From contig CAWEAF010000005.1 of the NCBI GenBank assembly GCA_963807095.1, positions 13,681 to 77,680 of the forward strand: DNA of 64,000 bases. The letters run 5' to 3'. This stretch comes from an uncultured Acidobacteriota bacterium (lineage in GTDB: Bacteria > Acidobacteriota > Terriglobia > Terriglobales > Acidobacteriaceae). The stretch's first letter is position 1; the number at the start of each line of letters is the position of its first letter. Below are positions 41,637-50,291 of the stretch, piece by piece. Below the pieces are notes generated by a model. It did not search any database, was not told the origin of the DNA, and worked only from the letters and a program-made list of their open reading frames with translations. Both the position numbers and the translations under genes were made by a program.

Positions 41637-44090
41637 TCACTCATATCTCAACGTCACCATGGGATCGACGTTTGCCGCTCGCCGTGCCGGAAGATAACAC
41701 GCCAGAAATGCGACCATACATAGCAGAATCGAAACTCCGCTATAAACAGCCGGGTCGCTGGAACTGACGCCGATCAGCATATGTGTCATCATCCGCGTCA
41801 GTGCCCATGCGCCAAGAAGGCCGATCATTACGCCCAGGAATACAGTCTTCATTCCCTGATTCACGACCATCGCCAGAATTTGCCGCTGCGTTGCTCCCAA
41901 GGCAACGCGAACTCCGATCTCCTGCGTGCGCCGGGACGTGGTGTACGAAACGATGCCGTAGACTCCCACCGCAGCGAGAATCAATCCCAACATCCCGATG
42001 AACCCTGTGAGCGACGCTCCCAATCGGAAGATGAAGAATCCGGTAGCTCCTTCGAGGGACTCGGTCATTGTCCGCATATCCACGATAGTCATGGCTGGAT
42101 CGAGCGCGTGAATATCGTGTTGGACCTGGTTTGCCAAGGAGGTGACATCTATGGAAGAGCGGATTTGTAGCACCTCAAGTGACGTGTAGTTCTGGGCGAG
42201 GGGAACATAATAGTAAGGCTGCGAATCCTCGGCAATGGTCTGGTACTTACTGTCACGTGCAACCCCAACGACCTGCAGGAATGGGCCCGACGCGTCTCCG
42301 ATGCTGAAGCGTTTGCCAATCGGCTCTTGCCCGGGCCAGAAGTTGCCCGCCATAGTGTGGTTGACGATCGCCACGAGGGGAGCCATCTGGCTGTCGGAAT
42401 CGGAAAACTCGCGCCCGAGCAGAATTGGTATACGCATCGTCTTGAAGTAATCGGGATCAACGCGGTTAAACAGGATCGACGGCGGTTGCCGATCGGCCGA
42501 TGATTCTTGGCCCTCAACGTAAATCTTCTGCCTGCTCGGAAAAGAAGTGATCGGTACTGACGATGCCAAACTCACCGACTGAACGCCCGGCATGACCTTA
42601 ATCTTGCTTTTAAGCTCCTCGTAGAACTGCCGCGTCTGCACCTCGCTGTAACTGTTGATCTGCGGATCCAGCGCAACGTTCAACACATGTTTTGGATCGA
42701 AGCCAAGATTCATGCGCTCGGCATGCTGCAAACTGCGCGTAAACAGACCGGCGACAATCAGCAGCATCAGAGACGCTGCAACCTGCAGGACCATCAGATC
42801 CCGGCGAACTTTATGTTTCCCAGCATCTTTGCTGTTCCGTTGATGCAGCACCGCGTTGGCATCCGATGCAGTCGCCTTGAGTGCGGAAGATAAGCCAACG
42901 AACATTCCGGTAAAGACAACAATTGCGAAAGCGAAAGAGAAAACTGCCCAATCGAGGTGGGTGTCGAGGTGCACCGGTACATTTTGAAAATGAATCGAAC
43001 TGATCGTCCCACTGATCCACCACCCTAACAACACCCCAATGGAGCCGCCCACGGCTGCGAGCAACATGGTTTCTGCAAGCATTTGCCGAATGAGCCGGGC
43101 GCGGCTGCCACCCAGCGCCGCGCGTATTGCCATTTCGCGCATGCGCGCGGAGGCACGCGCCATCAGAATGTTGGCGACGTTCGTGCATGCCAAGAGGAGG
43201 ACTATTGCAGAGAGTACGAGAAACAATGCGGAAATTATGATGAACGCGTTGTTTGCATAAGGAATCGGACGGGACAGTTTCTCTGGCAGAACGCGAACGC
43301 TAAACCCTTTGTCCGAGGCAGGGTGTTCTTGGGCCTGTTGTCTGGAGATAATATCGAATAAACTCTGGGCTTTGGTGAGGGTTACTCCCCGCTTGAGCCG
43401 GCCCATCGCAAGAATCAGTCGTTTATTGCGATCATTCCAGAAGTTAATGCCGGGACCGCTGGGGAAGACTGTGCTCAGCGGCACATATGCATCCATTTCA
43501 AATGCCGCAAACGGGCCGTGAAACTCCTTTGGCAATACTCCGACGATGTCTACCGGTTGGCCGTTGATTCGCACTACTTTCCCGACTATCGTTGGATCGC
43601 CGCCAAACCTTTTCTGCCAATATGCATATCCCAGGACCAAAACTGCCCGTTCTCCTGGCGTTTCTCCCTCACTTGGAAGAATTAATCTGCCGAGTACTGG
43701 CCTCAATGTGAGCCCGGAGAAAAAATTACCGCTCACAGCCAGAAAAGAGGCCTGCTCGGTACGGCCTTCGGCGGTTACTCCCATGGTGCCCGCGAGTACC
43801 TCACCAAACATCTCGCAGGCCGCGGCTGCATCGTGCCGAAACCCAACAAATTCTGGGTAAGAAAATCCGAGCGCCCCCAGCGGCGAATTCTTTTCCTGTA
43901 TGGCCAAGACCACAATTTGTTCCGGCGACGAGACCGGTAAAGGCCGAATGAGAAAACCATTCACAACGCTAAACGTCGCTGTGTTTGCACCGACCCCCAA
44001 GGCGATGGTGATCGACACGACAGCGGTGAGCGATAGGTTCCTTTTCAGTGCTCGCAATCCGAATCGAATGTCCTGCAACAGGGTTTCCAT
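41637..44090 (-). CDS. ADOP-family duplicated ABC-transporter permease (MacB-like periplasmic domain + FtsX, x2)
   Basis: METLLQDIRFGLRALKRNLSLTAVVSITIALGVGANTATFSVVNGFLIRPLP is the canonical ADOP N-terminus. Two FtsX-type TM bundles are present. Intact at 817 aa. Confidence 0.85.
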   Translation of the reverse strand: METLLQDIRFGLRALKRNLSLTAVVSITIALGVGANTATFSVVNGFLIRPLPVSSPEQIVVLAIQEKNSPLGALGFSYPEFVGFRHDAAAACEMFGEVLAGTMGVTAEGRTEQASFLAVSGNFFSGLTLRPVLGRLILPSEGETPGERAVLVLGYAYWQKRFGGDPTIVGKVVRINGQPVDIVGVLPKEFHGPFAAFEMDAYVPLSTVFPSGPGINFWNDRNKRLILAMGRLKRGVTLTKAQSLFDIISRQQAQEHPASDKGFSVRVLPEKLSRPIPYANNAFIIISALFLVLSAIVLLLACTNVANILMARASARMREMAIRAALGGSRARLIRQMLAETMLLAAVGGSIGVLLGWWISGTISSIHFQNVPVHLDTHLDWAVFSFAFAIVVFTGMFVGLSSALKATASDANAVLHQRNSKDAGKHKVRRDLMVLQVAASLMLLIVAGLFTRSLQHAERMNLGFDPKHVLNVALDPQINSYSEVQTRQFYEELKSKIKVMPGVQSVSLASSVPITSFPSRQKIYVEGQESSADRQPPSILFNRVDPDYFKTMRIPILLGREFSDSDSQMAPLVAIVNHTMAGNFWPGQEPIGKRFSIGDASGPFLQVVGVARDSKYQTIAEDSQPYYYVPLAQNYTSLEVLQIRSSIDVTSLANQVQHDIHALDPAMTIVDMRTMTESLEGATGFFIFRLGASLTGFIGMLGLILAAVGVYGIVSYTTSRRTQEIGVRVALGATQRQILAMVVNQGMKTVFLGVMIGLLGAWALTRMMTHMLIGVSSSDPAVYSGVSILLCMVAFLACYLPARRAANVDPMVTLRYE

Positions 44091-44581
44091 ATCTCGTCCT
44101 CACCGTATTGCAGTCCACCGACGGAATCGAACTTGGCCGCGCGATCGTAGCTCGCGAAGCGAGGCAACCCTAATATCGAATGGAAAGATTCTCCTCAAAG
44201 CCCGCGCCTGCCAGAAGAACGCGCATGTCCTTCGAGCAGTTAAGTGTAGAACGCGTTCAATCTACAACCTTGTGCTGTCAGCTTTGTCCGGTCCGTTGGC
44301 TATTGTCGGCATTGACAACTCGGGTGGTCTCCACTCGGAAGTTGGAACTCTAAGTCGGACACAAGCCATAAGACTGTGCCTGCGTCGAGGGGAATGACAC
44401 GGTAGAACACCAATGTTCCGGCCCGCCACTCGTTGGCGCCTTAGTGATTACTGAGCCGTGATCCGTTTGTGATCCGTTAGCACTGCTTACCACTGCCTTC
44501 CACTGCTTTACGGTGCCAGCCGTGCGCTCCACATTGCTGAAGCTACGTTTTCGAGTAAACCGAGCCTTAAAACGCCCACCA

Positions 44582-47287
44582 TTACTTCGATTCCTTAATG
44601 ATCGCGTCCGCAGCGTTGCCGGCCACGACCCAGCTTGCCGACCCGGCCACGACGGCTTCATCCTCAAACCACAGGAATCCGAAGTCGTCGATGCACTCCG
44701 GAAAATCCGGCTTGATGATGACGTATCCCGGAATCACGGCACCCGGGATGTAAGCATTGTCGGCGCGATTGTTACTGTACGTCTTCGTCTTCGACACCGT
44801 ACCGACTCCAGCTACATACGAAGTGCTGGATACCGGGTGCGTGCCGAGAATGTAGTTGACGGCGCGAAGCGTGTATTCGGGGCCTCACGAGATCGGGAAA
44901 CGCCTTGTGCAGGAAATACATTCGGATGGCCATGTCCACCACGGCGCCCGATCCGCCCCAGGTGCCGAGGCTTGGGGGCACGCCGAACGGGGTGGCGTCC
45001 AACCGCTTGTCCAAACCCGCCATGTATGTCTTCACCGCTTCGCGCATTTGATCTTTCGCGCTCGCGTCCAGATAAGGCAATGCCCGGACTGCTGTCCAAC
45101 CACGGAGCTCCATCTGCTGCGGGGTGATCATCTGAGGGAACAATTCCTTCAGACGGGATTTGTATGGCTCGGCACCATTCGTGGCGATGGTCAATTCCAG
45201 AGCCGCAGCCCAGTCCAGTCCCGACGCCAAATCCGCCACGGCCGAAGCCGGCCGGCGGAGCTGTTTGTGCGCTAGGGGTGCCAGAGCTTGTCGGAGCGGC
45301 CGTGCTGCCCGCGGGGTTATGACCTTGAGCGCCAGAGACTACACCCTGGGACGCAGCCAGCACACCACTCGGCACCGCGGGAGCCTGTCTGTCGAAGCCG
45401 CCGCCGAGTCGGATACAGTGTCGGGTGCGCCTTCGTGTCATTCCATGCTTTGATCGCAGTATCGAGGCAGTCTTTTGCTAATGCGTCGTCCCAGCCTTTT
45501 CAGCGTATCCGCCGCTGCAGCCAGCGCCGCGATGGCATTCCACTGGAAATACGGATTGTTCGTAGTGAAGATCCAGCGATCATCCGGCTTGCCGGAGTAG
45601 TCGCCCTTCACTTCGTTCGGACCGAGCTTCGGGTCGTAAATGCGGCCGTCAGTTTTCGACGCTCCGTCGCCCACCTGTGTGTACTGGCGCAGATCTGGCT
45701 CATGAGTGCCGCGGATGGCGTGGCCGATGTTATGAAACTGCGCCAGGATGAGCAGTGCGCCGTGCTTGACTTGCTGCACCGTATCCGGCACGCCATCGGG
45801 ACGGTGCATCTCAACCTCACGGGCCGCTTCATCAACCGTAAGCTCGTCGTACTTGAGATTGAATTCGCGATACGCCAAAGCGAGGCTCTGAATCACGCTC
45901 AGCTGCGCAGGCTCCTCGAGATCGAAGTCGCCGGCATCGTACCAGCCGCCAACGTTCATCCCTGGGATGTGATCGCCGCCTTTGTACTTCCCGTCCGTTG
46001 CTGTGACCTGGTTCCAGCCATCGAATTGCTGCCCAACCACGGGCGCCATGCGGCCATCATCCAGGTGCGAAGCGCCATGCCACATGCGGTAGCCTTCGCG
46101 AACGGAAACGTGATCCATCTGCGCCGCAAGGTGATGATCGAGGCTGTCTTGCCAGATGTTGGCGTAAGCGTCCTTTGAGATGGGGAAGGGCGCCGTGCGC
46201 TGGCCTCCATACTCGACAACATAGAGGCCGGGTTCCTTCACCGGGGTGAAGTCGAATTTCGAATAAACGTAGCGCAGCCAGGGCGTAGAAGGCGTGATCG
46301 TGCCCTCGAACACCTGCTTGTAAGATCCGTCCTCCATCAGGCGCAGCACTCTCGCCGTCTTCGGGGCGTCGTACTTCGGGTCGAGTTCGAGCACCGCCAC
46401 CTTTGAGAAGCCCGGCGCATAACCGACCTGGCTGTGCGCGATCATCGGCGGCCGCGTCCAGTTCGGAATCACGTCCGGCCTGATGTGCCAGACGATGGCG
46501 CCGGTGGTCTTGCCCGAAGGGATCAGCGAACGCAACACGAACCAGCCGTTCTGCGCGCGGTTGCGTCCATCGAACAGCATGAGGTCGGCCGTATCCGATA
46601 CTAACGTTGACCCGGGCCAGCGCGTCGTCGACGCCCAGCGTGATGCTCTTGCCCTCGGCAAACGGCAGCGGCTGAGTGTATCCCTTGGCCTTATCCCAGT
46701 CCTCCAGGTAGTACGCCTTTTTCGGTTCATCAGGCAGGGGCAAAACCTTCACCATCGGGTCATTAGGCGTACGCGGGAAGATGCCGGCTTTGGCTCCGTC
46801 CACCAGGTAAGCCTTGCCCATGTAGATCGAGGGCAAGAACTCCAGGTTGAACCCTGCCCGCCCTGCCAGTTTCTGGCGGCAGCGCCTTGTCGAGATTGAT
46901 GCTGACCTGCACGCCGCCTGGCTCCGCGGTCACCTCCAGTGTGTAACTGAAGTCGAACGCCGGAAATGCGAGGTCGGCAGTGAGTCGGCTGTTCGCCTTG
47001 TCGGCATGGCGATCTTTGAGGGTTGCCACCAGGTCCCACTGCTCCGGCGTTGGCATCAGGCGCACGTCGCCATTGGTCGCGATGCGCTGGCCGTGGAGAA
47101 TCACCTCCATGGCCGTATTCTTTTGGTCCACAAAAACGGGATGGTACGTGCTGTCGTAGAGAAAAACGCTGAAACCTTGCGTATCGAGGTAATTCTTGTC
47201 GGTTACCTTCATGGCAAAATCGGCGCCGGACAAGCCTGGGGTCGAAATCAGGGCGAAGAGGAGACATATTCTGATTCGCGTGAACAT
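44582..47287 (-). pseudogene. GH9-type endoglucanase-like glycoside hydrolase with N-terminal beta-sandwich domains, broken by at least 6 frameshifts
   Basis: ATG 47287 plus the signal MFTRIRICLLFALISTPGLSG. Manually traced frame path: ..LDKALPPE | LPSIYMGKAYLVDG..ITLGVDDALA | GSTLVSDTADLMLFDG..GGWYDAGDFDLE (GH9 hallmark)..TLKRLG | WDDALAKDCLDTAIKAW | ..GFGRGGFGVG | LDWAAALELTIATNG..AFPDL | GPEYTLRAVNYILGTHPVSSTSYVAGVG..IIKESK*. Confidence 0.8.
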
Positions 47288-47424
47288 AGATTGGGATTGA
47301 TGCTGCTCCTTTGCCCCAACATGATATGACATGCACACCGTCTGGGCGCCGTTTGTTCCCCAGGCGTCGGGGGATTTCTGAGTGAGGTAGCAAAACGGAT
47401 GAGCACCTCAGCAATCGAAGCTGA

Positions 47425-47980
47425 TGAGAGGGGAGTTGGCCGCCAAAAATTGCAAGCCGATGATCGTCGTGATGGCCTACGGCTACGCGCACCGCGCCGG
47501 CGAAGCGCCGGTCGATTTGTCGCAAAGCCCTTTGGATCACCAGAAATGCTGAAGGCCATGCAGGACATGGCGGCGGCATTCGAAGATGATGTGACGCAAG
47601 ACCTCATTCCATTTATTGATTCCACGTTCCGCACACTTTCGGATCGCGACCAACGCGCGCGATGGCAGGCCCATCGATGGGCGAGATGCGGACCTTCCAG
47701 ATCACGCTGGATCATCTGGATCTCTTCTCTTACATCGGCGGCTTCAGCGGAGCAGAGGATGCTCGTCCTCGGCAATCGGAAACTGGATCTCAAGACCGAT
47801 ACAACGGAGTGTTCGCTGATCCGCCAGCATTCGGCAAGAAAGTGCACCTGTTCTGGGTTGGCGTGGGGACGAATGAGCCGGCGAGAATGCGCGTCGGGAC
47901 TCCAGAGACTGCCTACGTCTCTACTGGAAGCAAACATCCAGCACGTCTTCTACGAATCACTGGGCACGGACCATGAGTAG
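47425..47980 (+). pseudogene. Degraded partial paralogue (C-terminal two-thirds) of the esterase gene at 28716..29903
   Basis: It aligns at nucleotide level, by eye roughly 85% identity, with ~29305..29852. Shared strings include atggcctacggctacgc, gccatgcaggacatggc, ctcttctcttacatcggcggcttcagcggagcag and gcaaacatccagcacgtcttcta. It has several indels (three frames needed), GLSMGGMQ has become GPSMGEMR, and TGG has become TAG at 47978-47980. Confidence 0.8.
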
Positions 47981-48123
47981 ATGAGCTCTTTAGAAGCCCG
48001 TGAAGTTGTACCGAAACAACTAAAGACGTCAACCGAAGCCATTAATTTCAAAAGAGCTGAACGCGGTGGGTAGGAACCCGTCGCGAAATGCTTGTAAGTT
48101 ACAGATAAATAGGGAAGGATAAC

Positions 48124-48493
48124 TGGTGGAGGCGGCGGGAGTCGAACCCGCGTCCGAAAATGTTACTGGTCAAGAGAACTACATGCTTAGTCGTGTTCAT
48201 GCCCCAGGCATTACCCTGGGACGTTCGCGGCCCACGCTCAGAACCGACAAGAAACGCGTTCCGCTAGCCTGTGGTCTTAACCTTTCGCCCCAGACGTAGA
48301 CGAAAAGAGCAGCCCGCTGTGTGACGTCCTTCGGAGGCCCACGGGCGAAGCATCCTCGGACGGCTGCCTAAACTAGTTAGGCTGCGTATGCCATCTGTTG
48401 ATTGGCAATTATCATTTTGCCCACGATTACGGGTGTGTGCACCCCGGCATGCCTCTTGGCCGCAAGCATCTCCGTCGAAGCCGTGACGCCCCC
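48124..48493 (-). ncRNA. ssrA: tmRNA (ssrA)
   Basis: The reverse complement starts GGGGGCGTCACGGCTTCGACGG and ends GGACGCGGGTTCGACTCCCGCCGCCTCCACCA. It has a 7-bp acceptor stem with G3:U70 and a T-arm GGGTTCGACTCCC. The internal tag ORF is ..GGC AAA ATG ATA ATT GCC AAT CAA CAG ATG GCA TAC GCA GCC TAA (..ANQQMAYAA*). Confidence 0.9.
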
Positions 48494-49004
48494 ACTGGTG
48501 GGATTGGCCTTGGAAAGATCCACTTCCAATCTAGGTTTCACCTGGCCAGAAGTCAATTCGTTAGATGATCGGCACCGCCCTGCAGTTCCGGAATCAGATC
48601 CCCTCCCCCCTCCCCCTTTTTTGGTACCAATTCCACCTAAAGTATTGGATTCATTAAGTTTAACTGACTCGGCCTGGCGCGGTTTCTCGCAAAATATTGA
48701 GGGTACAGGACTTACACGCAAAATATTCCAAAGTAAGGACTTAGGGGAGGGATTCAAACATCCAGCGATCCAAGTGCCTTCACATCGCTCGCCGGTTCTT
48801 CGGACTCTTTCAGGGTTCTCGGGCACAGACTCCATTGTGGAGGAATCCAGCGCTGTGGGTAAAGGTCGTTCGTCACACGATCGCTTGATTCTGGCTGTGG
48901 AAGGCTGTGGAAAAATAAACCAATGCGAGGCGGTTGGATAAACATTACATTTGTCACTTGAAAACTTAATAGTATTAAGTAACATATTCATTAACTCAAT
49001 CAAC

Positions 49005-49388
49005 ATGGCGGACGATCTTCGATCTTCGACGGATTGGCAAGAGCTGACGCAGCTCACTCAGGGGCAACCGATGGTGGTTGAGCGTGTAAGGCTTCCGGAG
49101 AAGGGTATTGCGATCGAGGGGACCTTCGAACTTCCGCAACTGGCGCGGCTTTCGATGGACGACCAAATCTTTATCACCGCGTTTGTCCGGTCACACGGCT
49201 CGATTAAGGAGATGGAGCGCGTGTTCGGAGTCAGTTATCCGACCATCAAGTCGCGGCTGACACGGATCGCCAACAGCCTGGAATTTGTGGAGACCGATCC
49301 GACTCCATCGAAGGCCGAAATCCTCGAGCGCCTGCAACGGGGAGAGATTGGCGCGGAAGAGGCCATCCGCGAGATGGAGGCGCTGTAA
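49005..49388 (+). CDS. DUF2089-like protein (Cys-less variant)
   Basis: IAIEGTFELPQLARLSMDDQIFITAFVRSHGSIKEMERVFGVSYPTIKSRLTRIANSL matches the DUF2089 core (xIxGxFxLxxLxxLxxEQ..F..G.IKE.E...G.SYPT.R.RL). The protein contains no cysteines. Confidence 0.65.
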   Translation: MADDLRSSTDWQELTQLTQGQPMVVERVRLPEKGIAIEGTFELPQLARLSMDDQIFITAFVRSHGSIKEMERVFGVSYPTIKSRLTRIANSLEFVETDPTPSKAEILERLQRGEIGAEEAIREMEAL

Positions 49389-49648
49389 TGATTCCGTTCG
49401 TCGCTGTCGTCAGCCTGCGTAACCAGGAGAGCCGCACATTCCGGCTGTGGGTTCCGCTGTTCCTTGTGTGGCTGTTGCTGTTGCCGCTGGCCATTACTCT
49501 GTCGCCATTCATTTTCATGGCATGCCTTTTCTGCCGGGTAAATCCGTTCCGGGGAGTCGCCGTCATTTGGCAGATTCTCAATGCGCTGACCGATACCACT
49601 CTGGAAGTGGAGCACCGGAGCGCAGGGATGTCGTTTCACATTTTGTAA
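49388..49648 (+). CDS. Small membrane protein (86 aa), translationally coupled to the DUF2089 gene
   Basis: TAATG stop/start overlap at 49386-49390. One long hydrophobic stretch (LWVPLFLVWLLLLPLAITLSPFIFMACLF). Confidence 0.5.
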   Translation: MIPFVAVVSLRNQESRTFRLWVPLFLVWLLLLPLAITLSPFIFMACLFCRVNPFRGVAVIWQILNALTDTTLEVEHRSAGMSFHIL

Positions 49649-49660
49649 GGAGACAAGTGT

Positions 49661-50110
49661 ATGAGCGAACATCGCCATCAGATTTTGCAAATGCTTGCTG
49701 AGGGGAAAGTCAGCGCCGACGAAGCCGAACGCCTGATTGCGGCCGCGGAGGAACCCGCCGGAACCAAGTTCGCCGACCAGAGTTTTGGGGCGGCAGGGAA
49801 GAGCCGTCCAAAATATCTTCGCGTGGTGGTCGATTCCGAAGATGACGGCGGACATGGCGGACCCACGAAAGTCAACGTGCGCGTCCCGATGCAGTTGCTG
49901 CGTGCCGGCGTGAAACTCGCAAGCTTGCTCCCGGCGCAGGCGCTCAATCGCGCCAATCACGCCATGCAGGAGCAGGGAATTCCTATCGATCTCTCCCAGA
50001 TCAAGCCTGAGAATCTGGAAGAATTAGTGGAACACCTCAGCGACTTAACCGTCGATGTCGATCAGAAAGACGCCAGTACGAAGGTGAAGGTAAGAGTATT
50101 TTGCGAGTGA
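49661..50110 (+). CDS. SHOCT-like/LiaX-YvlB N-terminal-motif protein
   Basis: AAGGAGA RBS. The N-terminal helical motif HQILQMLAEGKVSADEAERLIAAAE is typical of SHOCT-like domains found in DUF2089 operons. Confidence 0.5.
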   Translation: MSEHRHQILQMLAEGKVSADEAERLIAAAEEPAGTKFADQSFGAAGKSRPKYLRVVVDSEDDGGHGGPTKVNVRVPMQLLRAGVKLASLLPAQALNRANHAMQEQGIPIDLSQIKPENLEELVEHLSDLTVDVDQKDASTKVKVRVFCE

Positions 50111-50209
50111 GGGGGCGCCCGCAGTTTTATTCGCTGCCGGATCCCGGCGGAACATCAATTGAGAACTTAGATTGGGATTGGTTGAGCAAACGGAGCACGT
50201 CAGCCTCAG

Positions 50210-50275
50210 CATGATAGGGTTGTGGAATCCCACCCTTGACAAAGAACGTCAAGGATGGGGCACCCGGCGTAGAAT
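50210..50275. repeat. REP-type hairpin element (copy 0)
   Basis: Hairpin 50229-50259: cccacccttgac-aaagaac-gtcaaggatggg (12 bp, 1 mismatch). It belongs to the same family as the two copies flanking the RAYT gene. Confidence 0.6.
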
Positions 50276-50291
50276 CCATGCCTGAACGAAG

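Noticed and set aside
44091-44420. Searched all minus-strand frames upstream of the ADOP permease for a PadR-family regulator.
   Set aside because: No frame gave a winged-helix PadR-like sequence, only short stop-interrupted peptides. I treated the region as non-coding, with a possible lost regulator.
44481-44510. Considered whether the phased decamers or other repeats form a CRISPR array.
   Set aside because: There are only three 10-bp units with no spacers and no cas genes. The window contains no CRISPR-like repeat-spacer architecture.
47981-48123. Looked for a classical ssrA-targeting genomic island: an integrase gene and a direct repeat of the tmRNA 3' end.
   Set aside because: No integrase-like ORF is present anywhere in the window. 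I could not find a second copy of the ggcggcgggagtcgaacccgc segment by eye. A computed repeat search would be needed to exclude short att remnants.
48377-49057. 226-aa (-) and 179-aa (+, 48402..48941) ORFs covering the tmRNA gene and its upstream spacer.
   Set aside because: The minus-strand ORF simply reads into the tmRNA and stops at the tag-ORF stop codon (it ends ..ANQQMAYAA). The region is explained by ssrA plus its promoter spacer.
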